From the NCBI GenBank assembly GCA_038065955.1, contig JBBTPY010000001.1, positions 1,890 to 65,889 on the forward strand: DNA of 64,000 bases, in the 5' to 3' direction. The stretch is from Patescibacteria group bacterium. GTDB lineage: Bacteria; Patescibacteriota; Minisyncoccia; UBA6257; UBA9933. The notes beneath the pieces were generated by a model that had not been told where the DNA came from, did not search any database, and saw nothing but the letters and a program-made list of their open reading frames with translations. The translations under genes were made by a program, and so were the position numbers. Shown one piece after another: positions 28,369-37,442 of the stretch (position 1 is its first letter; the number at the start of each line of letters is the position of its first letter).

Positions 28369-29676
28369 ATGTATCGCATGCGCAACAATATCGTTCATAG
28401 CGGGGCGGGAGAGCTTACTTACGAAATAAGAGAAATCGTCAGCATTGCCGAAAAATTTGAAAAACTGGACGTTGAAATTTTCTGGGAAAACATCGGCGAT
28501 CCGGTGGCCAAGGGAGAAAAAATACCTTTATGGATAAAAGAAATAGTCAAAAAAGAAATAGATTCCGACAAAAGTTTCGCTTATTGTCCGACCAAAGGTC
28601 TGCTTGAAACACGCGAATTTCTGGCCAAAAAATGTAATTCCAACGGCGGCGCGAAAATTACGGCCGATGACATTATTTTTTTCAATGGCCTGGGAGACGC
28701 CATTTCCAAAATTTACACTTATTTAAACGCCGAATCGCGAATCATTGGCCCTTCGCCGGCTTATTCCACCCATTCATCCGCCGAAGCGGCCCACGCCGGC
28801 TCGCCACACATCACTTACAATCTCCTGCCCGAAATGAATTGGCTGCCGGACATCAACGATTTAAGAAATAAAGTCCATTACAATCCGGCAATCAGCGGAA
28901 TTTTAATTATCAATCCCGACAACCCGACCGGCATGATTTATCCCCGGCGGGTGCTTCAAGAAATCGTCAAAATCGCCGAAGAACACGATTTATTCATTAT
29001 TTCCGACGAAATTTACGCCAACATCATTTACGGAAGCGAAAAAACCGCCCGGCTTTCTAATATTATCAACGGCGTTCCAGCAATTGCCATGAAAGGCATT
29101 TCCAAAGAACTGCCCTGGCCCGGTAGCCGGTGCGGCTGGATTGAAATTTACAATAAAGACAAAGACGCCGTTTTCGCGCGTTATATTAAAACCCTTCTTG
29201 ACGCCAAAATGCTTGAAGTCTGCTCAACCACTCTTCCCCAATCGGTTATTCCAGAAATTATGTCCGACCCCAGATATGAAAAACATCTCAAAGAAAGAAA
29301 CGACGAATATCGCCGGCGCGCGGAAACCGCTTATAAAATTTTCCAGAGCGTTGACGGCGTTGAAGCGCCAAAGCCTTCGGGGGCTTTTTATATATCGGCT
29401 GTTTTCAAAAACAACGCGCTGAACAACGGCCAAAAACTGAAAATAGAAAATGAAAAAGCGCGGGAATTCGTTGAAAAAATAACGCCCGGTATCCCGCCCG
29501 ACAAACGCTTCGCTTATTATTTGATGGCGGCGAGCGGCATCTGCGTCGTGCCGCTTTCCGGTTTTAATTCCGACCTTTACGGTTTTAGAATGACCCTTCT
29601 TGAACCGGACGAAAAAAAATTCAAATTCATTTTTGAAACCGTGGCGGAAAAAATCAAAGAATACTTAAAAAGCTAA
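28369..29676 (+). CDS. PLP-dependent class I aminotransferase (AlaT/AspC-like)
   Basis: SKELPWPGSRCGW lysine-loop motif and DEIY; ATG at 28369 chosen over the track's upstream start. Confidence 0.7.
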   Translation: MYRMRNNIVHSGAGELTYEIREIVSIAEKFEKLDVEIFWENIGDPVAKGEKIPLWIKEIVKKEIDSDKSFAYCPTKGLLETREFLAKKCNSNGGAKITADDIIFFNGLGDAISKIYTYLNAESRIIGPSPAYSTHSSAEAAHAGSPHITYNLLPEMNWLPDINDLRNKVHYNPAISGILIINPDNPTGMIYPRRVLQEIVKIAEEHDLFIISDEIYANIIYGSEKTARLSNIINGVPAIAMKGISKELPWPGSRCGWIEIYNKDKDAVFARYIKTLLDAKMLEVCSTTLPQSVIPEIMSDPRYEKHLKERNDEYRRRAETAYKIFQSVDGVEAPKPSGAFYISAVFKNNALNNGQKLKIENEKAREFVEKITPGIPPDKRFAYYLMAASGICVVPLSGFNSDLYGFRMTLLEPDEKKFKFIFETVAEKIKEYLKS

Positions 29677-29688
29677 CATTATGAATAT

Positions 29689-30933
29689 ATGACATTTCAA
29701 AAGATAAAAATTTCAATTTTCCTGCTATTCATCTTGTTGGCGCCATTAGGTCTGTTTTTAAGCGCCGAAAATTCATTAGCCGAAGCCGATAAAATGATTA
29801 TTTATTTTTTCGGCAGAGACGACTGTAAATATTGCCTGGCGGAAAAAGCTTTTTTTGAAAATCTTAAAGCGGAAAGAAGCGATTTTGAAGTCGTTTATTA
29901 CGACGTCGCGGCAAAAGAAAACAGGGAAAAATTTTACGAGCTCGCAATCGCGAAAAGCCTTCCGAAAATCACTCCGCTTACTCTCGTCAGCGGTGTTTTA
30001 ATTCAAGGTTTTGACTCGTCTGAAACAACCGGGGCGAGAATTATAAAAATTTTAGATTCCAACGCCGGCAAAAAAAGCCCAAGCCTTGAAGAATTTTTAG
30101 CTTCCGACTCCAATGAAATTTTAAAAACTGGCAGCGGCTGCGAAGAAGACAGCTTAATCCCCTGCGAAATCAACGGCCAAAAAGAGTTTATGTTTAAGCT
30201 CCCATTTCTTGGCGTCGTCAATCTTTCCGATTATTCGCTTTTCGCTTTGGCGGCGATTTTGGGTTTCGTTGACGGCTTTAATCCTTGCGCGATGTGGGTG
30301 CTTTTGGTTTTTCTCTTAATACTCCTTCAAATCGGCGACCGTAAAAAAATGTGGCAAATCGCCGGACTTTTTATTTTAGCTGAAGCGGCGATGTATTATT
30401 TGATTTTAAATGTCTGGTATAAAACTTGGGATTTTGTCGGCCTTGATTATATTGTAACTCCGCTTATAGGAATCTTGGCGAGCGGAGCCGGAATTTATTT
30501 TCTTTACAAATATTTTACGGTAAAAACTTTGGTTTGCGATGCTTCCGACGCCAAACAAAAACAAAAAATAGAAGGGAAAATTATGCGCTTGGCGCATTCG
30601 CCGCTGACGATTATCACCGCTCTGGGCGTAATCGGCGTGGCTTTTTCAGTCAATATTATAGAATTCGCCTGTTCAATTGGCATTCCGCAAGCGTTCACGA
30701 AAATTCTGGAAATAAACAACCTCGGATTTATATCCGTCCAGTTTTACACTTTCGTTTATATTCTTCTTTATATGATTGACGATTTAATCGTTTTCGGCCT
30801 GGCTTTGTACGGCTTTAATAAACTTCAAACCGCCAGCTATAAATATTCGCGGCTTTCAAGTTTAATCGGCGGAATTCTAATGCTGATTTTGGGGCTGCTC
30901 TTGATTTTTTATCCGGAACTGCTGGTTTTTTAA
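29689..30933 (+). CDS. thioredoxin-fold (CxxC) domain fused to a CcdA/DsbD-like membrane thiol-disulfide transporter
   Basis: Signal/TM, then FGRDDCKYC; polytopic domain with GFVDGFNPCAMW (first DsbD-family Cys) and EFACSIGIP (second). Confidence 0.6.
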   Translation: MTFQKIKISIFLLFILLAPLGLFLSAENSLAEADKMIIYFFGRDDCKYCLAEKAFFENLKAERSDFEVVYYDVAAKENREKFYELAIAKSLPKITPLTLVSGVLIQGFDSSETTGARIIKILDSNAGKKSPSLEEFLASDSNEILKTGSGCEEDSLIPCEINGQKEFMFKLPFLGVVNLSDYSLFALAAILGFVDGFNPCAMWVLLVFLLILLQIGDRKKMWQIAGLFILAEAAMYYLILNVWYKTWDFVGLDYIVTPLIGILASGAGIYFLYKYFTVKTLVCDASDAKQKQKIEGKIMRLAHSPLTIITALGVIGVAFSVNIIEFACSIGIPQAFTKILEINNLGFISVQFYTFVYILLYMIDDLIVFGLALYGFNKLQTASYKYSRLSSLIGGILMLILGLLLIFYPELLVF

Positions 30934-30935
30934 AA

Positions 30936-30967
30936 AAATATCGCTATCTTATAAGATAGCGATATTT
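30936..30967. terminator. bidirectional terminator between convergent redox genes
   Basis: Perfect palindrome aaatatcgctatcttataagatagcgatattt flanked by A and T runs. Confidence 0.6.
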
Positions 30968-30973
30968 AAAAAA

Positions 30974-31633
30974 TTAACTATTGATTTTGCTTTCCATTAT
31001 TTGCTTAAACTCTTCATAACTTCTCGACTGGATTTTTTCGCCGTTCAGGAAAAACGTCGGCGTGGAATTGACGCCGGCCGATTGCCCGCCTCTTAAATCG
31101 GACGCGACTTTATTTTTCAATTCTTTTGATTTTAAGTCATTTTTAAATTGTTCAACGTTCAATTCAATTTTTTCGGCGTATTTTATAAAAATTTCCTCTG
31201 CATTGCCGGCTTTTTCCCATTCTTCCTGATTTTCAAAAATTGCGTCATGCATCTGCCAGAATTTATTTTGCCGGCCGCCGGCCTCCGAAGCCAAAGCCGC
31301 CAGTTCGGCGTTTTTATGCTGAGGCAAAGGAAAATGGCGATAAACAAACGCCATTTTGTCATTAAATTCTTCAACTATTTTTTTTGTTATTGGCGCGTAA
31401 ACGGCGCAAGCCGGACATTGAAAATCGCTGTATTCAATTAAAATTGTTTTGGCTTCGCGGCTTCCTTTGATTTGGTCCGTTGAAACTACCGCGTTAACCG
31501 GTAAAGCCGCGGAATTTGAAGAATCACCTTTTAATTTTACAGCGGCAAAAATAAAACCGCCGACAACGGCCAAAATCGCCATTCCAAAAATAATTTTTTC
31601 AATCATTATTCTTTTTTCGCTTATTAAGGGCAT
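30974..31633 (-). CDS. membrane-anchored DsbA-family thiol:disulfide oxidoreductase
   Basis: N-terminal TM; DFQCPACAVY active site within a thioredoxin fold. Confidence 0.8.
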   Translation of the reverse strand: MPLISEKRIMIEKIIFGMAILAVVGGFIFAAVKLKGDSSNSAALPVNAVVSTDQIKGSREAKTILIEYSDFQCPACAVYAPITKKIVEEFNDKMAFVYRHFPLPQHKNAELAALASEAGGRQNKFWQMHDAIFENQEEWEKAGNAEEIFIKYAEKIELNVEQFKNDLKSKELKNKVASDLRGGQSAGVNSTPTFFLNGEKIQSRSYEEFKQIMESKINS

Positions 31634-31776
31634 AAACTTTAATATATCTTGTTTCCTATTGTAATTTTTAAAACATCGGTTATAATACCATCATTACTTG
31701 TAATAACTCCTTTAGCTTATTAATTAGCGTAAGGTTCGGTCGAGTACAAGAATATTATAAAAAATTAAAAAAGTAA

Positions 31777-32121
31777 ATGGCTAAAAAATTATTTATTGGA
31801 AGTCTTTCTTTTGGAACTACCGACGAGCAGTTGAAAGATTTCTTCAGTCAAGCCGGCGCAGTTGATTCAGCCGTGGTAATCACCGATAAATTCTCGGGAA
31901 GAAGCCGCGGATTCGGATTCGTTGAAATGCCGAATGACGAAGAAGCCCAGAAAGCGATTGAAACGCTTAATGGCAAAGAATTAGACGGAAGAACGATTGT
32001 CGTCAACGAAGCCAAACCGCGCGAAGACAGAAAAGGCGGTTTTGACAGAGGACGCGGCGGATTTGATCGCGGCGGACGCGGCGGCGGACGAGACGATTTC
32101 AGAAGAAGAGATAATTTCTAA
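31777..32121 (+). CDS. RRM-type RNA-binding protein with RGG/RGD tail
   Basis: RNP2 LFIGSL, RNP1 RGFGFVEM; C-terminal GGFDRGRGGFDRGGRGG. Confidence 0.85.
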   Translation: MAKKLFIGSLSFGTTDEQLKDFFSQAGAVDSAVVITDKFSGRSRGFGFVEMPNDEEAQKAIETLNGKELDGRTIVVNEAKPREDRKGGFDRGRGGFDRGGRGGGRDDFRRRDNF

Positions 32122-32132
32122 TTAAACTTAGA

Positions 32133-32169
32133 ATAAAAAAACAGGCGCCTTAAAGCGCCTGTTTTTTTA
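32133..32169 (+). terminator. rho-independent terminator
   Basis: caggcgcc-ttaaa-ggcgcctg hairpin plus T7 run. Confidence 0.7.
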
Positions 32170-32205
32170 TTTGCCAATTATATTTTTCTTCGTTATTATT
32201 AAAAT

Positions 32206-32508
32206 ATGAACAAATTTGAAAATATCAAAACTCAACCAGAAAATGGAATGGAACGGCGGCAAAGAATTAAAAATGAAATTATTATTAAAGTGGCGGCAAA
32301 ACTTGCCGAAGAAGACGCTGAAAAAAGATGGGAAGGCAGACCGATTAAAGAAGAACTCCAAAGCCATTACGACGCCGACAGAGTAAAAAAATCCGAAGAA
32401 ATAAAAGAAATTTTGGAGCGCGTTTACGAAGAATACGGCGATATGATACTTTCCGCGTCGAATCCCCAGGAAGCGCTGGAAAAACTTTATTTTAAGGAAA
32501 ATGAATAA
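32206..32508 (+). CDS. hypothetical acidic protein
   Basis: 100-aa ORF, no domain recognised; 3' end overlaps the convergent patatin gene. Confidence 0.35.
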   Translation: MNKFENIKTQPENGMERRQRIKNEIIIKVAAKLAEEDAEKRWEGRPIKEELQSHYDADRVKKSEEIKEILERVYEEYGDMILSASNPQEALEKLYFKENE

Positions 32509-33475
32509 ATTTATCCGGTTCTCCGAAATGCGCCAATGTTTTTTTCGCCGACGCTTCCGCTAAGGCGCGGAGTTTTAAAGAATTTCTTGTCAAAGAATGA
32601 GCGTTATTATTCGGCGCCCATAAAATTCCAAAATTAAGATTATATTGAGATTTAAGATAATCAAGAGTCTCTTGATGATAAAAATGTCTATTCAAAAAAG
32701 GTTGCCTTAGATGTTTAGGAACATTTCGCAACGCAAAACGCTCAAAAGCGCTTTTTAAAATTGATTGACCGCTTTTTTTATAATCATAAGCCGGCCGATT
32801 GGCAATAATAAGTAAATCTGTGGGGTTAAAATCATTAATTATTTTTTTAATCGGAAAAGAGTCTCCAACCATTCCGTCTATATACGCGCGTCCATTAATA
32901 TACACCTCTTTATTGTATAATCCAATTATGGCCGTTGACGCCTTTATCGCGGTTATCATATCGGGGACTGTTTTAGCGTTTAATAAAACGCCTTCTCCTT
33001 TTTGAGCGTCGGTTGCGGCAACAAAAAATTTGGAACGATGAGAATGAATCGCGTCAATATCAAGTTTTTTTGAACCAATTCTAAAAATTGACTCTAAAAA
33101 GTCGATATCCGCTATCGGTGTCCGGCTATATTTAATAAATCGCGGCGGCAAATCTTGATAATAAATTGACGTTCCAATCGCCGACTGTTCAGGCCCGGCC
33201 AAATAATACGCGCCTATCGGAGCGCCGGTAGAAACCCCTATTACAACATCAAACACATCATTAAGACCGAGAGAATGAAAGGCATTGACAACTCCTCCTC
33301 CGGATACCCCTCTCATCCCGCCGCCAAGTATAAGCAACGCGGTTTTAATATTTTTATGCCGCTCATCGTTCTTTAAAAGAAAATCGCGTTTTTTATATAA
33401 ATTTTGAATAAGTTTTAAAGAAGGCGAAAAATCGTCTTCTCTTAAAAAGTTTTTCCGCTTATTAAAATTTTGCAT
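32492..33475 (-). CDS. patatin-like phospholipase
   Basis: GGGMRG oxyanion motif, GVSTGA (GxSxG) nucleophile elbow, later DGG/DG catalytic Asp region. Confidence 0.8.
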   Translation of the reverse strand: MQNFNKRKNFLREDDFSPSLKLIQNLYKKRDFLLKNDERHKNIKTALLILGGGMRGVSGGGVVNAFHSLGLNDVFDVVIGVSTGAPIGAYYLAGPEQSAIGTSIYYQDLPPRFIKYSRTPIADIDFLESIFRIGSKKLDIDAIHSHRSKFFVAATDAQKGEGVLLNAKTVPDMITAIKASTAIIGLYNKEVYINGRAYIDGMVGDSFPIKKIINDFNPTDLLIIANRPAYDYKKSGQSILKSAFERFALRNVPKHLRQPFLNRHFYHQETLDYLKSQYNLNFGILWAPNNNAHSLTRNSLKLRALAEASAKKTLAHFGEPDKFIHFP

Positions 33476-33499
33476 GTTTAATTTCCCTCAATTTGCGGT

Positions 33500-33696
33500 G
33501 TCTGTTTGAAAATATCCCTGCCTGCCTGCCGGCAGGCAGGTCCCCCCGAACCCTTGCCTGCCCGACGAATAGGCGGGAACCGGAGCGGAAAGCATGCCCC
33601 GTAGTGAACGCGGAGCGTTCTACTACTGGGAGACGATTTTCCGCCAGAGGCGGATCTGCCTCAGACATGACAAGTTTTTCTTTAGCGGCAAATTCT
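33500..33696. other. GC-rich noncoding islet (about 60% GC in a roughly one-third-GC genome) with a 24-bp palindrome
   Basis: No credible ORF (only R/P/A-rich overlapping frames). Contains (CCTG)3CCGG(CAGG)2 at 33517-33540 and a motif gacgatttc..aagtttttctttRgcggcaaattctt repeated at about 34395. Confidence 0.5.
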
Positions 33697-33743
33697 TCAA
33701 AAAGAAAGGGGCACTACCTTTCTTTTTGAAAATTAGTGCCCCT
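33697..33743 (-). terminator. rho-independent terminator of the NUDIX gene
   Basis: 9-bp stem ggggcacta/tagtgcccc followed by UUUCUUUUU on the minus transcript. Confidence 0.6.
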
Positions 33744-33748
33744 ACTTG

Positions 33749-34267
33749 CTAACCGTGACGATATCGCTTGATATTTAAGAAACGCTTTACAATTTCCGAT
33801 TCATCAAAATCTGTTCGCTTCATACGTCTTCCTTGTTTCTTCATTTGTGTAATAAGCCATCGCGCCAGTTTCCACTCGAGAGTGCTTCCTTTTCCAAAAT
33901 GTCCCGTCCGCGTCTCGGCAGAGATAATCCATTTCGGATCCTGTGCGATTGGAGTACAGAGAAAATAGAGAGTGGCTTTCTGAAGCATCGCACCTTCCCA
34001 ATTCCGAAACGAGCTTTCAAGAGAACCGAGATATGCGATAACGCGAGCTTTCATTCCGAATTCTTCTTTGAGGCCGCGTGCGAGTGCCCCCTCAAGTGAT
34101 TCGTATGGTTTCAAGGTTTTCCGCATAAGAAGCACAAATTCAGGGTTAGTGTTGCCTTTCGGAAAATGATGGCAATAAATCTCTCCTTTCCGATTGACTA
34201 CTATCGCGCCAACCGAAAGATGATATGGCGAACGCCTTGTGCCGATGAAATAGTGTAATTTTTTCAT
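33749..34267 (-). CDS. NUDIX hydrolase
   Basis: NUDIX box GALARGLKEEFGM (Gx5Ex7REuxEExGu pattern); GC content visibly above the genome average. Confidence 0.7.
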   Translation of the reverse strand: MKKLHYFIGTRRSPYHLSVGAIVVNRKGEIYCHHFPKGNTNPEFVLLMRKTLKPYESLEGALARGLKEEFGMKARVIAYLGSLESSFRNWEGAMLQKATLYFLCTPIAQDPKWIISAETRTGHFGKGSTLEWKLARWLITQMKKQGRRMKRTDFDESEIVKRFLNIKRYRHG

Positions 34268-34438
34268 GCGTTTTACTCCTTTCTTTTTCTTTGTTAAGTT
34301 GCGACCTTTATTATATATGAAAATTTTCTTTTACCAAAATGTGGTTCGAGCCGATATTTTTAACTAGCTCTTTGGCAGTTTTTGCCTCGCACAGCGAGAC
34401 GACGATTTCAAGTTTTTCTTTGGCGGCAAATTCTTATA

Positions 34439-34978
34439 TTATTCTATTCCTTTGGCTAAATTTTTCAAACCATTTGTTCCTTCGTAAAAATCTTTAGCCC
34501 AAAGTATTCGGTCAAAATCTCGTAGCGAAAAATTATATTTACGAGCCAATCTTTTACATTTTCCCAAATATTCAAAATATGTAGAGATTTTTGCGGTTGG
34601 GTTTCCGGCTATTTCCTCACCAAAGTTTTTCAGGGACGCACAAGCCCGATAATCTGCAACCGTAAATTCATCAGGATAGCATACGGTCAAAATCGCGGAG
34701 GCCATGGGTATACCGATACTAGGGATTGAAGTAAGAATATTGATTTTCTCTTCGAGCGATTTGGCTCGAAACACTTCTGATGTAATTGCCAAAATAGTTT
34801 TTCTGCTTTTCTCAATTCCTCTACTGACATTCGTTTTCGCTCGGTTGGATTTCCAAATTATAATTGCAAAAAATTCTTCGGGAGTTAGATAACCTCGTTT
34901 CTGAAAATTTTGGCTCACATCGTTAAATAGATAATTTTCTAAGAAATAGTATTTTAAAAATTTTTCTAAATCATTCAT
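34439..34978 (-). CDS. hypothetical protein with helix-hairpin-helix (HhH-GPD-like) motif
   Basis: LTSIPSIGIPMASAILTVCYPDEFTVADYRA aligns with the EndoIII-type L..LPGIG..TA..IL....P.D.H..R pattern; only 179 aa. Confidence 0.35.
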   Translation of the reverse strand: MNDLEKFLKYYFLENYLFNDVSQNFQKRGYLTPEEFFAIIIWKSNRAKTNVSRGIEKSRKTILAITSEVFRAKSLEEKINILTSIPSIGIPMASAILTVCYPDEFTVADYRACASLKNFGEEIAGNPTAKISTYFEYLGKCKRLARKYNFSLRDFDRILWAKDFYEGTNGLKNLAKGIE

Positions 34979-34982
34979 ATTT

Positions 34983-35600
34983 TTATTTCTTTGCTATTAC
35001 TACGAATTTATTAAAACCAAACTCTTCTTTGCTTTCTGCTCGCCTAGAAAACTCGACCAAAATGGAAAATCCTATTTTATTGAGAATTTCTTTGATTTCC
35101 TTAGATGACATAATATTAAGAAAAATTTTTTCGTCCGGCTTTAGCGGTTCGGCTAGAAGTACTTCTTGCGAGTCTCCTTCTTGGATTCCAATATAAATAA
35201 CTCCTTTGGGTTTTAGCAATTTATAAAAATTACCAACCGTTTTATCAATATCTTTTTTGGGAATATGAATAAGCGAAAAAGAAGCAATAATGCCGTCAAA
35301 AGTATTTGGCTTAAAATTTAATTTACGTATGTCAGCTTTTTTGAAATGTACTTTCGGATTTTTCTTTCTTGCTATTTCAAGAATTCTTTCAGAAATATCA
35401 ACCCCGATTACGTCAAAATCTTTTGAGATAATATAAGCAACATCCACTCCTGGCCCACAGCCTGCATCTAAAATTTTTCCTCCTTTCTTAATCAACTTTA
35501 GAAAATCATCTATGTTATCAGAAGGTTCATTAAATTTGTCAGCATAAGAAACACTTATCTCGTCATATACACTTGCAGTTAATTTGGTTTTATCTTTCAT
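34983..35600 (-). CDS. class I SAM-dependent methyltransferase (small-molecule/protein type, not a DNA MTase)
   Basis: Motif I ILDAGCGPGVD, motif II DVIGVD; no DPPY/NPPY. Confidence 0.7.
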   Translation of the reverse strand: MKDKTKLTASVYDEISVSYADKFNEPSDNIDDFLKLIKKGGKILDAGCGPGVDVAYIISKDFDVIGVDISERILEIARKKNPKVHFKKADIRKLNFKPNTFDGIIASFSLIHIPKKDIDKTVGNFYKLLKPKGVIYIGIQEGDSQEVLLAEPLKPDEKIFLNIMSSKEIKEILNKIGFSILVEFSRRAESKEEFGFNKFVVIAKK

Positions 35601-35604
35601 GGGA

Positions 35605-35817
35605 TTATTTCATTAAATCATCAATTGAAACGCCCAGTCCTCTTGCGATTTTTGCCATAGTTTCAATTGTAGGGTTAGGCGTTGCGCCAGATTCAATTTT
35701 AATAATCACATTGTAAGCAATATCAGCCAGCTTTGAGAGCTTATCCTGTGAAATGCCTTGTTTCTGCCTGTATTTCTTAATGTTCTTTGCAATTGTTGGT
35801 AATTCTTTTGACTTCAT
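35605..35817 (-). CDS. XRE-family HTH transcriptional regulator
   Basis: IKKYRQKQGISQDKLSKLADIAYNVIIKIESG is a Cro/C1-type HTH; 70 aa. Confidence 0.8.
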   Translation of the reverse strand: MKSKELPTIAKNIKKYRQKQGISQDKLSKLADIAYNVIIKIESGATPNPTIETMAKIARGLGVSIDDLMK

Positions 35818-35837
35818 AGTATAATTATACTAGTATA
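35818..35837. promoter_or_regulatory. candidate autoregulatory operator of the XRE gene
   Basis: Overlapping perfect palindromes agtataattatact (35818-35831) and tatactagtata (35826-35837) abut the start codon. Confidence 0.4.
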
Positions 35838-36101
35838 GATAGCGAGATAAGTTTTACTACTATAACTTTACCAAAAATTATGAATTTAATCAATAAGAAT
35901 TCAAAAAGCCCGCTTCTGGCGTTCCGCTTTGCGGAACAAAGGCAAAAAATTTGATTTTGAACCGAAAATCGGCTGGCGAGCCCGCGTAGCGGGCGAGCCA
36001 ATGACTGCATTTCCTAACTGGCGGTATGTATTTGACAAAGTTCGAATGTATTTCGGACAAAAAATACCGCCAATAGAAACTTCACGATTTGAAAGGGTTG
36101 C

Positions 36102-37442
36102 TCAATGGCTCCGCTTGTTTTGCGCCCCCGCAACAGTAGAATCTGACTGCGCGCGGAATTCGGCATCTTTTATTAATACATCCGGATGCACCCGGAAAGT
36201 ACGCTCGTTCCAGCCGAAAAGATACAAACCCGAAAGCCGCCTGACGCGTGAAAGCGCGACATAGCCCTGCCCAAATTCAAATACATTACTTAAATCCATA
36301 GCCGCCTCGTCCAAACTCATGCCCTGACTCTTATGTACCGTGATTGCCCAAGCGAGACGAAGCGGCAATTGAGAAATTCGCGCGCGGATATTGCCGTCCT
36401 CTTCCATCGACCAATCCATCGACTCAACCTTAATCCATCTTCCATTCCGCGTCTTAACAGTTGGATAGCCGCTGTGTTTATCAAATTCTTCAACCACGCC
36501 GAGCGTGCCATTTACGAAACTTCCTTTCTGATTATTCTTTGTGAACATCACCGCCGCGCCAACTTTGAGATAAAGCATCTCCGGCGAAAGACACCCTCTC
36601 TTAAGCGCGGAAACAAGCGCGTCCGGGCCTTGCGAAGACATAGTGAATACTCGCGGTTTGCCGGAAAGTTTAGAGAGCACCTCGTTATTTACGCGATCCA
36701 CATCGGCATTATGCGAAAATAGTTTCGGTACGCCGTCCGGCGCGGCATGAGGATCAATTTTTCTTGTTTCAATGCGGCTCAAGTGATCGCTGTCAAAAAT
36801 ATTATTCCGAATCGCCGAGAGCAGAACGAGAAAATTACTGTCATCCTGCCGGTACTGTTCGGTGAGATAACAGACGGTTGGGTTTGCGCGTTTCCACGCG
36901 GGAGAGTCATAAGCAAAACGAGCCGGCGGTTCTTCTCGGCCCAAGGCTGATCCGCCTTCGGCGGAAATGAGCGCCGTTTGCGCATCGTCTCCAATTTCTG
37001 TTTTTACAATCGGCGGCAATTGGAAAAAGTCGCCGACTAAAACAATTTGAACGCCGCCGAACGGCTCCGAACTCTGTTTTATTTCGCGACATACGGCATC
37101 AACCATGGATAGTGTTTCGGGAGAAAGCATGGAAACTTCGTCTATAATAAGTATTTTGGAGCGCTGGACGCGTTTTGCGATGCGTCTATTTGACGCGATT
37201 TTATTAAGACCATATTTGTCCAATTTTGTTTTAATTCCTATACCGCTCCAAGAGTGGATTGTCATCCCACCTATATGCGTCGCGGCAATGCCGGTTGAGG
37301 CCGTAATCGCCGGCTCAATGCCATGCGCGCGCGAATATGCCGCATATTCATTGATAGTATGCGTCTTGCCGGATCCGGGCTCGCCTGTTAAAAAAACATT
37401 TGCGCCGGTCTTCAATATTGACAGCGCTTGGGATTGGGTCAT
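36102..37442 (-). CDS. Pif1/RecD-like SF1B DNA helicase
   Basis: Walker A GEPGSGKT, DEVSM (Walker B), VGDFFQLPP, C-terminal AITVHKSQGMSLD..GQGYVALSRVR; about 50% GC; start overlaps the upstream stop (TAATG). Confidence 0.8.
   Translation of the reverse strand: MTQSQALSILKTGANVFLTGEPGSGKTHTINEYAAYSRAHGIEPAITASTGIAATHIGGMTIHSWSGIGIKTKLDKYGLNKIASNRRIAKRVQRSKILIIDEVSMLSPETLSMVDAVCREIKQSSEPFGGVQIVLVGDFFQLPPIVKTEIGDDAQTALISAEGGSALGREEPPARFAYDSPAWKRANPTVCYLTEQYRQDDSNFLVLLSAIRNNIFDSDHLSRIETRKIDPHAAPDGVPKLFSHNADVDRVNNEVLSKLSGKPRVFTMSSQGPDALVSALKRGCLSPEMLYLKVGAAVMFTKNNQKGSFVNGTLGVVEEFDKHSGYPTVKTRNGRWIKVESMDWSMEEDGNIRARISQLPLRLAWAITVHKSQGMSLDEAAMDLSNVFEFGQGYVALSRVRRLSGLYLFGWNERTFRVHPDVLIKDAEFRAQSDSTVAGAQNKRSH

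Noticed and set aside
33462-33729. Two overlapping ORFs (68 and 78 aa) in the GC-rich islet
   Set aside because: R/P/A/G-rich translations typical of random frames in GC-rich DNA; no RBS; overlapping on opposite strands. Treated as noncoding.
34983-35817. XRE + methyltransferase as a restriction-modification controller/MTase pair
   Set aside because: The methyltransferase has the small-molecule class I fold motifs (DAGCGPGVD) and lacks DNA-MTase DPPY/NPPY or C5 PCQ motifs. No endonuclease gene is evident, so the RM interpretation is not supported.
35929-36264. Plus-strand 111-aa ORF between the XRE and helicase genes
   Set aside because: Arg-rich junk translation overlapping the helicase 3' end on the opposite strand and the terminator-like palindromes; no RBS.
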